From Glaucostegus cemiculus (lineage: Eukaryota): a stretch of 64,000 nucleotides of DNA. This document shows, piece after piece, positions 51,580 to 64,000 of the stretch. The stretch lies in NCBI GenBank assembly GCA_976551045.1, contig CDPCPM010000007.1, forward strand, positions 13,206,001 through 13,270,000. Direction: 5' to 3'. The notes under the pieces are model-generated. The model was not told the origin of the DNA. It searched no databases and saw nothing but the letters and a program-made list of their open reading frames with translations. Positions within the stretch are counted from its first letter, which is position 1. Each line of letters begins with the position of its first letter. A program made the position numbers and the translations under genes.

Positions 51580-52428
51580 AAAATAGCATCCAAGAGCCCC
51601 AGTAGGTCTGCAGCAGATGTGATTTCTCTGGCTCTTCACTCTGCTTTGGACCATCTGGACAAAAGGAACACATACGTCAGGCTGCTGTTCATCGACTACA
51701 GCTTGGCGTTCAACACAATCATCCCATCCAAATTTATCATCAAGCTTCATGACCCGAGCCTCTGTACCTCCCTCTCCAACTGGATCCTCAGCTTCCTCAT
51801 TGGCAGACCTCAACCAGTGAGGATTGGTGTCACAAGGAAGGTACACCAACATTCGTACTTTCTTAGAAGGTCAACGAGGTTCAAAATGTCACCGAACACT
51901 CCGACAAGCATCTACAGATGTACTGTGGAAAGTATCCTGACTGGTTGCATCATGGTCTGGTACAGCAATTCGAATGCACAGGAACCTAAGAAGCTTCAGA
52001 GAGTAGTGAACTCAGGCCAATACATCACAGGTACCTCCCTCAAGGAGGCAACATCTATCATAAAAGATCTCCACCATCTGGGCAATGCCATCTTCTCACA
52101 GCTTCCATCAGGTAGGAGGTACAGAAGCCTGTAGTCCCACACCACCAGGGTCAAGAACAGCTACTTACCTTCAATCATTCACTTCTTGAACCAACCTGCA
52201 CAACCCGAATCACTACCTCAATATAGCAACACTATGACCACTTTGGTGACTTTGCACTACAGTGGATTTTGGGTTTTTTGTTCTAATCGTGTTCTCTCTT
52301 GTAAAACCTTGTTTCTTTTCTTGTGAGTGCTGCTAATCTGATGCAATGCTGCTACAAGTCAGCTTTCCATTTCCACCTATGCATACAGGTACTTGTGCAT
52401 GTGATAATAAACTCAACTTCAACTTTGA
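51580..52428 (+). mobile_element. Rex1/Babar-type LINE fragment with internal deletion
   Basis: ORF 51553-52134: [54 protein letters not shown] jumps directly to [13 protein letters not shown], so the catalytic ADD region is missing. AATAAA near 52406. Confidence 0.9.
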
Positions 52429-53467
52429 CAGATCAGAGTAATCCCCTTGTGTCAACTTGGAAGTATCCAAATGCTTAAAAACATCAAGAGGTTAATTTCT
52501 GGGCATGCCACAAATCTGTCAGGAACACCCTACAATGTGGTTTTGATGTAACTTTCATATCTACATCGGATATCATCTTCAAAATTAGTACTGCTGGCAC
52601 CTTGCCCTTCACACAGTATGGCTGCTTTATTTCCTATTTACATCATCTCCATTCTTCAAACAACACAAAAAACAAAGGAGGGTATGCAACTTTTAAAATT
52701 GTAATTGCATTAACTACAAATATTTCCAACTAAATTCTTGCTTAAACATCTCAAAGAACCAACAGACAAAAAAGAACAGTAAAAATACTTCCTGGCGCAA
52801 AACTAAAACAAACTGCCCAAACTGGAGATCTTTCTCAAATTAGAGTGTATCTCTCTTTAAATGTTGATTTGCTATTAACCCAGAATTACAAAACACCTAT
52901 TATTAGCACAAGTACCTTTAACACTGTGATTGATGTGGGAAATTAAATATACAGCAAGCTACATTTAAATTCCTCACATTGCTGTCATTGAAAAAAACTA
53001 TATATGAGGCTTGCATGTGAATCACAAATATTGGCAATGTTGCAGTTAGAACAGCTGCATGTGTCAATTTGACCTGCTTTCCCCTCTCTGCTTTGCTTTT
53101 CTCCGGTTTTAAAAGAGATTACTATTCACTTCCAGTAAGCGTTCTAATGAAACACTTCCATCCAAAATATTTCTCATTTCTAGACAGTGATACAACTTTA
53201 AGGCTTCTGATAATACTTCCAGCACATTCATTTTTTTAATAAGTCAAAACATAATTTTAGGCAAAATTATATAGAAAAGACTCAAATTAAGGTTTGCTGC
53301 ACAGTTATGTTGTGTTTAAAGATAGCCTCTCGTAAATCAGTGCAAAGGTACAACCTGAAAATCTGATATGTACTTATTTACAATAGATTATGCAAATTAA
53401 ATCTGCAATTTAACACTTGTGAATGGTGTCCTAGATTGTGTGAACGAGAGAACACTGAATGTCTCAC

Positions 53468-53634
53468 CCAGTAATTCCATGGCATCATCCTCATCCTCTA
53501 TGTCCTCTTCAGCCACGGATGGTGCTGCACTATGCACATAGTCAAAGGAATCCTGGGACAGCATTGCAGCTAAAAGCTTTTTATGCTGTTGCTGCTGTTG
53601 TCTCAGGCCTTTACTCTTCTGCTCCAATTTTGTG
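53468..53634 (-). CDS. C8orf34: C8orf34 (VEST1) orthologue, next internal coding exon (167 nt, phase 2 to 1)
   Basis: Translates (S)[55 protein letters not shown], matching C8orf34 [23 protein letters not shown]...[14 protein letters not shown]. Acceptor ctcttgcag, donor G|gtgaga. AG+C across the junction gives Ser in frame with the previous exon. Confidence 0.93.
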
Positions 53635-54259
53635 CTGCAAGAGCATTTTAGAATAATATGTCAGTTTTGAATGGCAAATACCTGCAACATGTAATCTTAA
53701 ATCAACTATTAAATGAGAGCCATGAAAAATGCTTATTAACTTGATGAAACCAGAACAAACTTCATTATATTTCAAAATGTTAACATTGACTCAATATTTG
53801 TATTGAATAAAAAATATCTTTTTAAATTTTTTCAGCAAAAATTGAGCCCTCTACTACATGCTTATACCTACTACTTGCTGAAGGTGGTGAAAACCCTTTC
53901 GTGAGAGCTGATTGTGGAAAATTTCCCATCACGGATGTAGTTAGCACTAATAAGCATAAAATGCAAATATTTTGAGATGAAGACTTCAAAATTTTGGAGA
54001 CCTTAATGGCATAAGATATTGAACAAGTGCACAGGACATTACTTTATCATCCATGCTTAACTCTGCACCTAACCCTGCCCAATTTTCACCTTTAGAAGTA
54101 CTTTAATGTTTTTGGACGATATGTGGTCCATTTATGGCATTGCCACGGCATACAGGTATATAACTGAAGTGAAGACGGAGAGGGAAACAGGTATGTTAAG
54201 TTGGGAGAGAGGAACTCTCTCTCTTAATAGTATTTTAATAGCAACAACTTTCATTTTTG

Positions 54260-54790
54260 CACCACATTTAACTAGAAAAACACTTCACAGAAGTGTTGTC
54301 AAACATAAAATATTGACATCAAGCTAGGAAGAAGATAGAAGATGAGATGAACAAATTCTCCATTAGGGAAGCTGATTTTAAGCTGCATCTTATGAGAGGA
54401 AGGAGATGTAGCAAAATAGAGAGGTTAGGGAAGAAATTCCAGAGCTTGGGGCCCTGGCACAACCACCCTGCTGAAGAGAACACAGTGTTCAGATCAGTCC
54501 AGAGTTGAAGCATCACAGATGGCAAGACCATGAAGTGATGTGAAAACAAGGATGAAAATATTAAAATAACCATGTTGCTTAACTGGTGGCTGATAATACA
54601 TCTGCAAGGTGCAGTATAATGAGTGAATGGGGCTCAATACAAGGTAGGACATGAACATTTGAGTTTTGGGATAATCTGATTTACCGAGAATAGAACCAAA
54701 GTGGTCACAAAGGTTGTCAATGGTCAGGTCTGGAGGTAACAAACCCATGGAAAATGATATAAATTTTGAGATGTAAATTAAATACAAGGA
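54260..54790 (-). mobile_element. Old L2-like LINE 3' fragment
   Basis: Minus-strand QGPKLWNFFP..FIRCSLKS resembles the L2 C-terminal (P.LWN.LP..F...LKT) region. A similar piece lies at ~63570-63960. Confidence 0.55.
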
Positions 54791-54917
54791 TCAATCAGTT
54801 ACACAATGAATATTTTACATCACCTCACTAATGCCAAGCAATTTTTATGTAATGAACCAACCAAGATGTTCCAAATGTATTTATATCATAAATGAAAATA
54901 GATTAAAAAAAACAAAT

Positions 54918-57017
54918 TAGACAATAGACAATAGGAGCAGAAGTAGACCTTTCGGTCCTTCGAGTCTGCTCCGCCATTTTGAGATCATGGCTGATCATCT
55001 ACCCTCAATAACCTGTTCCTGCCTTGTCCCCATATCCCCTGATTCCCCTATCTATAAGAAACCTATCTAACTCTTCCTTGAAAGTGCCTGGTGTATTGGC
55101 CTCCACTGCCCTCTGAGGCAGTGCATTCCACAGATTTACCACCCTTTGTGAGAAGAAGTTTCTCCTCACTTCTGTCCTAAATGGCATACCCTTAATTCTA
55201 AGCTCATGCCCTCTGGTCCTGGATTTCCCCAACATCTGGAACATATTTCCTACCTCTATCCTGTCCAAACCTTTACTAATCTTATAAGTCTCAATCAGAT
55301 CCCCTCTTAATCTTCTCAATTCTAGCGTGTACAAACCCAGTCTCTCCAACCTCTCAGCATAAGTCAGTCCTGACATCCCCGGAATTAACCTTGTGAACCT
55401 ACGCTGCACACCCTCTATAGCCAGGATATCCTTCCTTAATCCCAGAGACCAAAACTGTACACAATACTCCAGCAGTGGTCTCACCAGAGCCCTGTACAAA
55501 TGCAGAAGAATCTCTTTGCTTTTGTACTCAATTCCCCTTGTAATACAGGCCAACATTCCATTTGCCTTCGCTACTGCCTGCTGTACTTGCTCATTCACTT
55601 TCAGTGAATGATGCACACATACTCCTAAATCCCTTTGTTTTTCCCCCTTGCCAAGCTCCACACCATTCAGAAAATAATTCGCCTTCCCATTCCTGTTCCC
55701 AAAGTGAATAACCTCACACTTTTCCACATTAAACTTCATCTGCCAAGTTTCCGCCCATTCACCCAACCTATCCAAGTCACTTTGAATTTTCCTTACTTCC
55801 TCTACACTTGTCGCACTACCACCCAACTTTGTATCGTCAGCAAACTTGCTAATGCTATTCTCAATGCCTTCCTCTAAATAATTAACATAAATCGTAAAAA
55901 GAAGAGGTCCCAGCACAGAGCCCTGTGGCACCCCACTAGTCACGGCCTGCCACTCTGAGAAACATCCATTCACCCCTACTCTTTGCTTCCTACCTGCCAA
56001 CCAGTTTTCTATCCATGCTAATATCCTCCCTCCAATTCCGTGAGCCCTAATCTTACACACCAGTCTCCTGTGCGGCACCTTATCAAATGCCTTCTGAAAG
56101 TCGAGATATACAACATCCACTTGTTCTCCCTCAACTATTTTCCTGGTTACCTCCTCAAAAAATTCCAATAGATTAGTCAAGCATGATTTGCCCTTGGTAA
56201 ATCCATGTTGACTCGACCCAATCCTATCATTGCTGTCCAAATATGCCACTATCTCATCCTTAATAAGGGATTCTAGCATCTTCCCCACCACAGACGTGAG
56301 GCTAACTGGACGGTAGTTCCCCATTTTCTCCCTCCCTCCTTTTTTAAAAAGTGGGACAACATTAGCCACTCTCCAATACGCAGGAACTGACCCCGTATCT
56401 AAAGAACAACGGAAAATTATTACCAATGCATCCACAATTTCTAGGGCCACCTCCTTAAGTACCCTGGGATGCAGACCATCCGGACCCGGGGATTTGTCCG
56501 TCTTCAGTCCCATTAGTCTACCCATCACCATATCCTTCCGAATATCAAACCACTTCAGTTCCTCTGTCACCCTCTGCCTTTTTTCCAACCGTACTTCTGG
56601 GAGATTTCTTACGTCTTCCCCAGTGAAGACAGATCCAAAGTACTTATTTAATTCATCCGCCATCTCCCTGTTTCCCGTAATTATCTCACCTGATTCAGTC
56701 CTCAAGGGCCCGACATTGTTCCTAACTAACTTCTTTTTCTTTACATACCTAAAAAAACTTTTACTATCCTTCTTAATATTCCTGGCCAGCCTGCTTTCAT
56801 ACCTTATTTTCTCTTTCCTAATTACTTTTTTAGTTAAATTCTGCTGCACCTTAAAAATTTCCCAATCTTCTGTCTTCTCACTCAGCTTAGCTCTGCCATA
56901 CCTCTTCCTTTTTAACACAATGCTATCTCTGACCTCCTTTGTCAGCCACGACGGCCCCTTTCCCCTCCTTGAGTCTTTCCTTCTCCGAGGAATGAACCGA
57001 TCCTGCACCTTGTTCAT
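54918..57017 (-). mobile_element. Young CR1 LINE (family C), 5'-truncated, uninterrupted 670-codon ORF2 RT region
   Basis: ORF 55005-57017 carries the RT motifs [48 protein letters not shown] and KFADDTK through to the natural stop. No endonuclease domain. (TATTGTC)n tail. Confidence 0.98.
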
Positions 57018-57470
57018 GTTTGTTGATGTTTGAACTGTGGGAAATCTTCAGATAAATTTACAGCAGGTGAAGGTCTGATAATAGTTTTTTGTGTTGGAGC
57101 GAATGGGACAGTCTAAAACCATTTAATTGATAATACAAGGTGAGTTAAGGCATAGGATGACCAATAACAGTCAATGGAACGAGATAGATCAGTGTAACAT
57201 AGAAGTATGAAGTACTCACCATACACTTCCTTCAAAGGGCACAGGGTGCTCATTGCACTTTAAAGCATTTGCCTTGTGTAATCATAGCAAAAATATAGGA
57301 TTCTGTTTAAAAAGGATTTAGCTAATAAATTATACCGATGCTAATGACATTCATGATGTTTATTGTCATTAGAATAATGCAACACAGGCAGTTTAAAGAT
57401 TTAACAAGAACGATAGCAAAACTAAGTACCAGGCGCCAACACCCTTGCTCGTAACTTTCCTGGTATTTAC

Positions 57471-57628
57471 CTTCCAGTGCTGTGGGCCTCTTCAGTTTCA
57501 TCCTTAATTCTCGGTACAGGAGGCTGTAGCATCTCTGCAGCTAAAGGGTCAGCATCAGTTTCCTCACGTCCAACCCATTCTCCAACCACTCGGGGTCTGA
57601 CAAGGGATGAATTATGAGCCCGTAGATC
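57471..57628 (-). CDS. C8orf34: C8orf34 (VEST1) orthologue, internal coding exon (158 nt, phase 0 to 2)
   Basis: Translates [52 protein letters not shown], matching the remembered vertebrate C8orf34 segment [35 protein letters not shown]. Acceptor tttttgtttaag, donor AG|gtaaat. Confidence 0.92.
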
Positions 57629-57835
57629 CTTAAACAAAAACACAAAAAAAAGTTCATGATCGTTGAACAGAAAAGTAGACAGATTTAAAAACAGAGAGAT
57701 GAACCTGGTTGGAAATACTGCCCTAAATGCCAATCGAGACAGCAAATTCCTTGTCAAGACTATTTCACTTCTCTGCCTTGTTTTATAAATGTTGTTGTTG
57801 CTCTTAACAACAGCCCTTGCATCAGCAAGTGCCTT

Positions 57836-59752
57836 GAATCAGAATCAGTTTTATTGTCACAACCATATACATACATAGTATGCATAGGAGCGAGATACCG
57901 TCCTCCTCAGGTGCTCATCCCATCAAATAACAACCAACAGAGACACACAGACACACTTAACAGAATAAACATTAAAAAAAAACACTAAACATTAAAAACT
58001 ACAGAAGTTAAAATTAAATTAATACGCAGATTAAATTAAAAATGGCCGGTAAATAAATAAATAGTTATTAAAGTGAACGGGCTGGTGGCGGGCATTTAAA
58101 GTGCTGGTGCATTTCTGTGCACCTAGCATCTCTTAGTGTTAACAAAGGAAGATGGAGGGATGAGAGAGTTTGCAGTTCTGATGGCTTGCGGAAAGAAGCT
58201 ATTGTTCAGCCTGGTCGTTCTTGCCCTGATACATTTAAGCCTCCTCCCTGATGGCAAAATTGTAAAGAGGTGGAGGGAGGGGTGAGACGGGTCAGCCATT
58301 ATGCTTTTGGTCTTCCTCACACAACGGTCTTTGTATATGTCTGAGAGGGATGGAAGCAAGACACCTATGATCCATTACGCAGCCCTAACTATCTTCTGGA
58401 GGGACTTCCGCCCAGCAGCTTCCAAACCAAGCAGTGATACATTGGGTTAGGATGCTCTCAATGGTCCCGCTATAGAAGGTTTTCATGACAGAGGGATGGG
58501 GGTACGCTTTCCTCAGTCTCCGCAGAAAGTAGAGGCGTTTCTAAGCTTTCTTCGTGAGGGCCGTAATGTTAGTGGACCAGGTCAGGTCATCGGTTATGTG
58601 CACCCCCAGGAACTTGGTGCTGCGTACTTGTTCCACAGCAGACCCGTTGATGGTCAGCGGGACGTGCACACGGTGACCCCTCCTAAAATCCACTATCATC
58701 TCCTTGGTTTTATCCACATTCAAGGAGAGGTTGTTGTCATAGCACCACACGGCTAGTTGTTTCACCTCCTCTCTGTAGTCCGACTCATCGTCATTCGTGA
58801 CAAGACCCACCACTGTCGTGTCATCGGCAAATTTAACAATGTGGTTGGAGCTGGATCTGGCCTCACAGTCGTGAGTCAACAAGGTGAACAGGAGCGGACT
58901 GAGCACACAACCCTGTGGGGAGCCAGTGCTCAGTGTGATGGTGCTTGAGGCGTTTTCACCAATTTTGACTGACTGCGGCCTGCAAGTTAGAAAATCCAGT
59001 ATCCAGTTGCAGAGAGGAGTGTTAATGCCCAGAGCGCTCAACTTCCTGATTAGCTGTTGCGGGATGATGGTATTGAAAGCGGAGCTGAAATCGATGAATA
59101 TCAGTCGGCAGTATGAATCCTTCTTCTCTAAGTGATATAGTGCAGAGTGCATGGCAGAGGAGACTGCATCATCAGTGGACCTGTTTGCCCGATAAGCATA
59201 CTGATGAGGATCCAAGGATGGGGGGAGGATGGCTCTAATGTGCTTCATAACTAGCCTCTCAAAGCATTTCATGACAATCAGTGTTAGAGCTATGGGACTG
59301 TAGTCATTCAGAAACATTGGAGGTGACTTCTTAGGAACAGGTATGATGGTGGCAGATTTTAGACACTTAGGAACAACAGCCTGCTGTAGGGAGATGTTGA
59401 AGATGTCAGCCAGTACATCTTTAAGCTGGTCCACACAGTCCCTAAGTATCTGCCCCAGTATGTTATCCAGTCCCGCAGCCTTCCGAGGGTTAACCTGTAA
59501 ACGGGCTTTCCCCACACTGGCTGGGGTAAGTCTCAAAGCCTGTTCTTCTGGCGAAGGCCGGGCTTTCGAGGCAGGTGTATTGTTCATGGCCTCAAACCTT
59601 GCATAAAATTCGTTTAACTGGTCTGGTAGGGATGAGTCACCATCACAAACCTGGGGTGGAGCTTTGTAGTCTGTGATGACCTGGATTCCCTTCCACAAGC
59701 GCCTCGCATCCCTGTCGTTGGTGAAATTATTATTTATCTTTTCTGCATATTG
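57836..59752 (-). mobile_element. Young Rex1/Babar-type LINE, 5'-truncated, RT ORF with a stop near the C-terminus
   Basis: ORF 58541-59755 has [37 protein letters not shown] and KFADDTT, continued by 58123-58359. AATAAA plus (CTGATT)n tail. Confidence 0.97.
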
Positions 59753-62377
59753 CATGATGCATATTGCAACATGCTCAGCAACAAAAGATTGCCAATGGAG
59801 CAGCTAAACCTCATAGCAAGCTTATGAGAGAACAATTAAGTCTAGGCAATTAGGCTAGTGTAGGCAATTGCAAATAGGCTATCTTCAAATATTACAGAGA
59901 TAATGAAAGAAAAGTTGACATGTGCTTTCATCTGATCATTGCTGCTCACTTTAAAAGACATCCATCCACTTGATTCATGTTATCCAATGGGTGTCTTATG
60001 GAAATGAGCAGAGTTCCAGCCATTATGGGAAGAAGTGCTTTATGACTTTACTCCAGAAGAGAGTGTGTATAACCAGCTCCTCAGAACAGGGAGTTGGGTA
60101 GCATGGGAAGGTTGGCCAAACTGTCCTTGGACTAGTGGAAGATGCAAATCTACAAAACTAGCTAGGCCAGACATTGCCCAGAATATGTTTTACTGACCAC
60201 ATGCAGGCTCATTGATCACTGACTGAATATTCAACATAAGTATCAGTCTAGGAAAGGAGAAACAATATGGAAACAGACTCAAAATTAGCAGTGGCCCTCC
60301 AACCTTCCAATCCAATTGGTCAAATTTCTGGAAGGCCACAGCAGAGGTATAACTAACCTCCATCAGCAAGCCAGAGCAGCAATAACTCTGCCTGGTGATC
60401 AACAGTGCAGAACCTTTGACAGCAACCAGCAAGGACACAGCAGCAAAGGCCTACTTTAAGAGCTCCAATGCATATGGCACTGAGGCAGGAGAACATCCTT
60501 CATGAAGAGCAGAGAACTCTGCACTCCAGGAGCCCAGTGAAGACACCTGTGAGCACCTAAGTATAACAGGTAGTGTTGGGGCTTGGGACAGATAGTGAAA
60601 TTAAATATTGTATGTTTAACTGTGTGTGAGCATTTGAATAAAGCCGGGTTTGCATTGGGATTCAACTTGTGTACTTTTGTTTGCCTCAAAAGTATAAAGC
60701 ACCTGGGTAAAACACACTTAAAGGGATATTGGTTGAAGTGCTCAGAAAGCAAAGGAGCAACAAAAGTTAAAGATGAACCCTCTGGTTCTGGACTTCCCAT
60801 TAGAGTAAAAGTTTTCTATCTATCATCAAATCATTTAAAACTTTTCAAACATCTCAGTTCGATCATCCCTTAGTCTTCTAACCCAAGGAATGTTATAGAG
60901 TCGACAGCACAGAAACAGGCCCTTTGGCCCTCCATCTCCTTACTGCCTGTTGTACATATCTGTAGTAATTCCATTTACCCAGATTAGGTCTGTAGCTTTC
61001 TATACCTTGACAAGTCAGATACTTGTCTAAATGCTTCTTAAATGTTGAGTGTTATGCCCACTCATTTAATTCAACTTAATACATCTGTTTATATTTTCAT
61101 TCTGGGCTGAATGCTGCAATCCTACAAGAATAAACACAAATAATAAATATTAAACATTTGTTTTTATTCTCCTACCTTAATTAAAATAATTCTGATGTTC
61201 ACCATGCTTGAATAAAGGCATAACTGAACTCCACAGCAGGAAAATTGAAAATGCTCGGATTTCTGTCATTAAGCCAGGATATCAGTGATAATTATGTACA
61301 TGTTAACTCAGTGTCTTTGATAGAAATGAATTAGCATGCATATATCAAATGTCAAGATGTATCGTCCTGATTTAATGACGCGTCTTCATCCACCTGATAG
61401 GGAAAGTTTTAATAGGTCTATCCAATCAGTCTTTGATATTCACTATGTTGCCCAAATAAATTTCAAATGAAGCAAGTAAGTTTAAAAGTTAAAACTAATT
61501 TTAATTTCTTCAACTAATTTTTGAAGATTATATTATTAAGCATTAATATTATTAATTATGCTGCATTTTGTAGAAAAAACACTCAGAAACACACAAAACC
61601 TGCTATCCACTAAACTACAAAAGAAGCATTTTTGTGGCATTTTAAAGATGGTAAAACCATCCAGGTATTGACCAGAAAATGCAGATATTCTAAGGCTTGG
61701 CATAGCCTTCTTGATATAGAATTTTTGTACTCAATTCCTACATTTTGACTTAAAAACAACCTCAGAAAAGCAAACCTTTCTACAAGAACCTCTTATTCCT
61801 TGACTCCCACATTAGCCTTTATTACTGCTGCTGATTTTATTAACAACTTTGCGGGATGTGCTCTTCCCATTCATTTATGGGCTGAGATAAACAAATCCCA
61901 TTTCAAAGACATTGTGAGAATTGCATTTAAATAACTTTCCCCACATCAGTCTTTCTATGACCCCTCAGTTACTGAATCATCTGCAGCACCCATTATTCCA
62001 CCCCTTAATCTACTCAAGTCATCTCCAAACTCCTACTTCCTACTTTTATTCCTGTCAAATCCCCTCAGATTCTACCTCACACCAGGGAGGAAACTATAGC
62101 ACCAAGAGAAAATCCACATAGTTACTGAAGAACATGCAAACTTCATTTGAACAGCACCGGAGGTCAGGATTGAACCCAGACCACTGAAGCTGTGAGACTG
62201 CAGCTGTACAAGCTGCACCACTGTGCCACCCTGATCTGGAGGTTAGTTATTATTTTCCTGATCCCAGTCACTTAACCACCCAAACACTACACTCAACGCC
62301 ATCTCCAACCTTGAGACCTAGCCCCCTCAAGTTCCTATTGGACCTCTTCCAGCCTGGTTTAAAGGATTTAGATGTCA

Positions 62378-62456
62378 TGAAGCATTAAAAGTATTGTAAA
62401 AGTAAAAGAATTTTCTGAAGCATTAAAAGTATTGTAAAAGTAAAAGAATTTTCTGA
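62378..62456. repeat. Perfect 38-bp tandem duplication
   Basis: tgaagcattaaaagtattgtaaaagtaaaagaattttc occurs twice, followed by tga. Confidence 0.95.
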
Positions 62457-64000
62457 CAAATCAGAAGCAAGTAGCAAAATGTCTGAATGAAACTGGTCTA
62501 GAGACTAGATATTTCATAGCCCTCTGTTGCAATGACTATTTGCTCAGCTAATTACTGCCTGATGTAGCTATTCATAAAAGCAAGGGAATCTGTTTAAGGG
62601 TGCAAAAATAGCCACTGTGAAGTGCAAGGGAAGGGGATCCAGCTGAACACATTGCTGTTTTTACTTTGAATTAGAGATCTAAATTCTGCAATTTGCTGTC
62701 TTTGGGGTAGAAAATGTCCTTCAAATTCTAACAGTACTTTGCATAGATGGTTGATACTAAACACCTACTTGTAATTTAAGACAATTAAAGTTCAAACTCA
62801 TTTCTTTTATTGGTCAAAGCTGCTGCCTATGGTGATGAGTTGAATACCATTGGGCACTATGAGCATAAAAATAGCAATCAATAATCAAAAAGAACTTCCT
62901 CACAAAGCAATAATTTATATATGAGATAACATTCATGGTATGCTTAAGAATTGACAAAGGCAATCCTTTGCAGTATATTAAGTTATTATTGTGTCCTGAC
63001 CTGAGCCATATAATTAATTTAATCATTAAATCCATGGAGCCTGAGTGTAGATTTAGCAATGTAGCAAATTGGTGAGGAGGAGTTGTTCTAAAGCTAAAAC
63101 AAGCAATCATATTCAGTAGAAAATAAAGCACATGCACAGCATAAATGTATGAAAATTACACCTCATATAATACAATGATAATTTACTGAAAATACACTGA
63201 CACACTCCAATTAGTACTTACTTCCTACCTTCTAAACTTGATTTATGAAAGTTAACCCACTTTATGTAATTTGTCACTGTCATATCCATAGTTAAGGTTA
63301 TACCATCAACAGGACTTTCATCTGGATTTATCCAATCACAAAGTTATATATTGCGGTGAGCATTCTCCATTGAAAATAGATGCATCAGGAAATCAAAGTA
63401 ATCCTTAGTAGAAGCTAATTATTTTTTATTTTGTATTTCAGAATTTAGCTTAGAGGTCCTAATTCAAAATTTCATGAATCCTTCCCTTCATATTCTTCCT
63501 TATTCAGCTTCTAAAGATATGAATAAGTATAACTCCATTATAAAACTGAACTGACCTCATGTGTAACAACACTATGGCACCTTGCATTTATACTTTATAT
63601 TTAACTGGTAAAATGTCCTAATGCACATCACAACAATGTAAATCAGACAAAAACCGACAGAGCCAAAAGGAGAAATAGGAGCTAAGTACAGTCCTATGAA
63701 CGGGCCATTAGAGGACTCTTAAAAGGTGGAGAGAAGAACATGTTTAGAAGGAAATAATATAGTTTATGGAATAGTGGGAAAAAGGTAGTGGAGAATTCAT
63801 TGGAGTCAGAATTGCCAGAAAATATTATTCTCATAGGGATCAGGAAGGTTACAGAAATAAGGAAGGGCAACTCATGGAGGGAATTGAAAACATGGATGAA
63901 AATTTTAAAATCAAGGTACTGATGGACTGGAGTTAATGTGGTTCAAGAGCAATAGCTAAGGAAGAAATATTTCTGTACAAAAGATAAGCTGCAGCATTTT

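Noticed and set aside
61350-61410. CpG-containing segment after a ctttccctatcag acceptor on minus, as a possible upstream C8orf34 exon
   Set aside because: All three frames stop within 14 codons and none matches the expected upstream peptide.
62378-62456. CRISPR-like repeat length (38 bp)
   Set aside because: Two adjacent copies with no spacer, in vertebrate DNA with no cas genes.

Overview
This is eukaryotic, AT-rich, repeat-dense DNA, not prokaryotic. The repeat set (CR1 LINEs, V-SINE/HE1-like tRNA SINEs, Rex1/Babar LINEs, Penelope-like repeats) points to a cartilaginous fish, probably a ray; that assignment is an inference. The only host-gene sequence I can support is two consecutive minus-strand coding exons of a C8orf34 (VEST1) orthologue, at 57628-57471 and 53634-53468. 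They have canonical splice sites and compatible phases. I found no further conserved exon, so positions 1-53467 are most simply one large intron. Almost every long ORF in the track is a retroelement fragment or its antisense shadow. Other elements are old Gypsy and Harbinger relics, an RTE fragment, MITEs, an L1/Tx1-like 3' end with an 11-bp TSD, and a probable solo LTR. I did not find a clear novel multi-gene system. The best leads are: decayed hammerhead-ribozyme motifs in Penelope-like repeats, several sharing one core variant; a possible in-frame splice path from C8orf34 into an uninterrupted 670-codon CR1 RT ORF; candidate lineage-specific exons; and a ~440-bp hairpin element. All family calls come from motif recognition by eye, no database searches were run, and boundaries of old repeats are approximate.
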